Shown here one piece after another: positions 61,566-64,000 of a stretch of DNA of 64,000 nt. Each line of letters begins with the position of its first letter. Within the stretch, counting starts at the first letter, position 1. The position numbers and the translations under genes were made by a program. The stretch lies in assembly GCA_034780895.1 (NCBI GenBank), contig JAUZTB010000002.1:40109020-40173019 (forward strand). Direction: 5' to 3'. The notes under the pieces are model-generated. The model searched no databases, was not told where the DNA came from, and saw only the letters and a program-made list of their open reading frames with translations. The DNA is from Rhynchobatus australiae. Taxonomy: Eukaryota.

Positions 61566-64000
61566 ATTCAAGTCTAATTGTGTCTTTTTTTTTAGGTATA
61601 ATGCATGCAATCCTCAGAAATGAAGTCTGGCTGTCTGCACTTGTCCAACAGTTGGCCAGTGGCCATCAATATGAGAGACTCACCATTAATTTAAACATAT
61701 AACTTGTCATAATCATTATATACTTCTTATGGGTGCATTTACATTTCTTTCTTTGATCAAACCTTTGAAATTAAAAAGCCTTTTAAAAACAAACATACAG
61801 AATGATTTTCATGTGATAACTGAATGTATGTGTTAAGCTGGTTATGATATCTAGCAAAGAGGGAATTCTTCTGCTTTGAACCCAACCCAAGATCATTAAC
61901 GTTGAGAGGATATGACACAAAATGCAAAAAGATGCTACTAGCAAAGGAAGGAAAATGGACATGGGAATGGGGTGTGGTGGTTGCATGAGGCTATAATCCA
62001 GTGGGGATTTAAATACATGGATTTCAGACTTAAGGTGTTAAGGGATGGAACCAAGTAAGTCAATGAGCACAGGGTGGGTGAGTGAACAAGACATGGCAGA
62101 ACAGGGAAGAAGAAACGCAGCAAAAATTTGGAAGAACATGGATGATAGTGGATGGGAAGCACTTGTTTCAGTTTTTTACAGCTTGTCCTAAGCTGCAAGC
62201 AGTAACAGTTCATCCAAGCTTGGACATCACTACTGAGTAGTCAGAAGAGGCTATAGAGAAATCTTGTGTATTTATAAGTACACTGATGATATACATACTT
62301 AACTATGAGTGATACATGCATGGCATAGATTTGATTAGATTTCATTAAGTTTGCAAAATCAGAAAACATTGCCACTTGAACATACCCAGGTGAATACAAT
62401 CATTCACTAATATCATGAAAATCATTTCTTATGTTTCTGCAAGTCATTTTACATCAATAATTCATTCAATGATTGAAATACTAATGTGCCATTAATAGGT
62501 AAACAATTGTTGCAGAAAGGTCCATTTACTCTTTGATAATTCAGACTGGGAGTGAATCTTGTGCTGGCTAATAATGACATCCACACTTCTGCTTGTGAAA
62601 TGTTGCAAATCATCACAAGAGGATGAGAATCATAAGGAGGAGGTCTTGATAAACCCTTGGGGCATTTCAGAAATGGCAATAGAGAAGTCAGGGGGAAAAA
62701 AGCCAATGTCAAAACATTCTAGCTACAATAGCTATTGCATATCTCGGTCCATCTTTCATAATCAAAACTATGCATGATTTTGCATAAAATAAGAACCACA
62801 AATGTTGGAAATATACAGCCAGAATATTTAGAAATCCAAAAGAAAGGATCAGATACTGCAAACTGATGGTGTAAGTTTGACTTCACTGATCTCATTATCA
62901 ACTAGTGCAGATGTTTTTTCCTGATGCATGAAAAATGGAGAGAATACAAGCTGATGTCTATGGTAATCCCAGGAAACTCAGGCAAAATACATCTGCAAAT
63001 AAGCAAGAAGTTGTTCCTACGATTTAACAATCTGTGCAATCAAGTCAAAGCACTGATGACAAAAATGGGTTTGTAAAGATAGAAAACTCCTAAATCAGAG
63101 AAGCAAATCAATTTAACTTCCATATTTTGTGGGATCAGGAATGATTGCTAAAGATCAGAAAATGACAAGGATCACTCCATTACAAAAATGGGATCAAGCA
63201 ACAAAAATTTTAAAATGGCTTAATTTATTGATTATGAATATTTATTGGACAAGGATAATGATGTTGATCTGTGCAACAGATTGTTAGCCTATAGCCCAAG
63301 CCAATAGTGTTGAAAACTTTTGGTCCAAAACTAGATATGGTCTCTAGTCCAGTTGTTGTTGTATTGCCACAACACTGGCATGTACCTGACAAAGTGAAAA
63401 TTGTCCAGGAAAACTCTCCACAAAAAAAGACAAATCCAATAATCCATTTAATACCCCTCAGCAATCAAGTGGGCTCAAGACCTCATTATAGGCTTAAGCT
63501 AAACATGCATAAAAGTGATTTAATGTCATAATATCCTTAACATCAAAACTGAATTTGGCACCATGGAATCCCAGTAATATGTAAGTCAATTTAAGACCTT
63601 ATGTTGGTTACAGTCATAACTGGCACAAAGGAACATGCATGTAACTGTTGCTTTGACAACCATAATAATGAAATTAGGTTGATTTTCCTCTTCACTGCAC
63701 CTAGCAAACACTGCATCAGGCATCTGGATCACCCCAAACTAGGAATAAGTTAACTGGCTAGCACAACCTAGTACCACATCAGTTTGCTGCAACTATCAAT
63801 CACCCAATGAGGCCTGAGTAAAATCATCACTCAGACTTTAGAATCATGAAGAGTGCTTCAAATAGCCCAAAGACAAAGGATGGAATGAAACAAGAGAAAT
63901 GTTAACTTTAAGGAAATACTTTAAAATACTCAAAATGCAGAGGTAATGGGGAACAGAACACGTTCATGTGTACATTATTAGGGGGAGAAATTGAGTTCAA

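Overview
AT-rich, repeat-laden vertebrate genomic DNA with several N gaps. The repeat content (V-SINEs, Deu-domain SINE, CR1, Rex1/Babar, RTE, L2, Penelope-type ends) points to a cartilaginous fish. The window holds two complete, tandem, + strand collagen type X (col10a1-like) genes about 27.5 kb apart. Each has a TATA promoter, a short non-coding exon 1, a signal-peptide exon 2 and a large exon encoding the triple helix plus C1q/NC1 domain. Copy A: 19730-19829 + 28943-30777. Copy B: 47218-47326 + 57732-59563. The strongest novel signal is a 72-nt, frame-preserving candidate exon (25369-25440) inside copy A's long intron. It would insert GQRNIDRSSESSEENRVSTFSVPK, a Fam20C-type SxE phosphoserine cluster like those of SCPP/casein mineral-binding proteins, into the NC2 domain, just ahead of an R-x-x-R motif at the helix start. 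Other paralog differences: a Gly->Trp in copy A's helix, loss of NC1 aromatic residues in copy B, and loss of a promoter RUNX consensus in copy B. All calls were made by eye; repeat boundaries are approximate and comparisons to human/chick collagen X are from memory.
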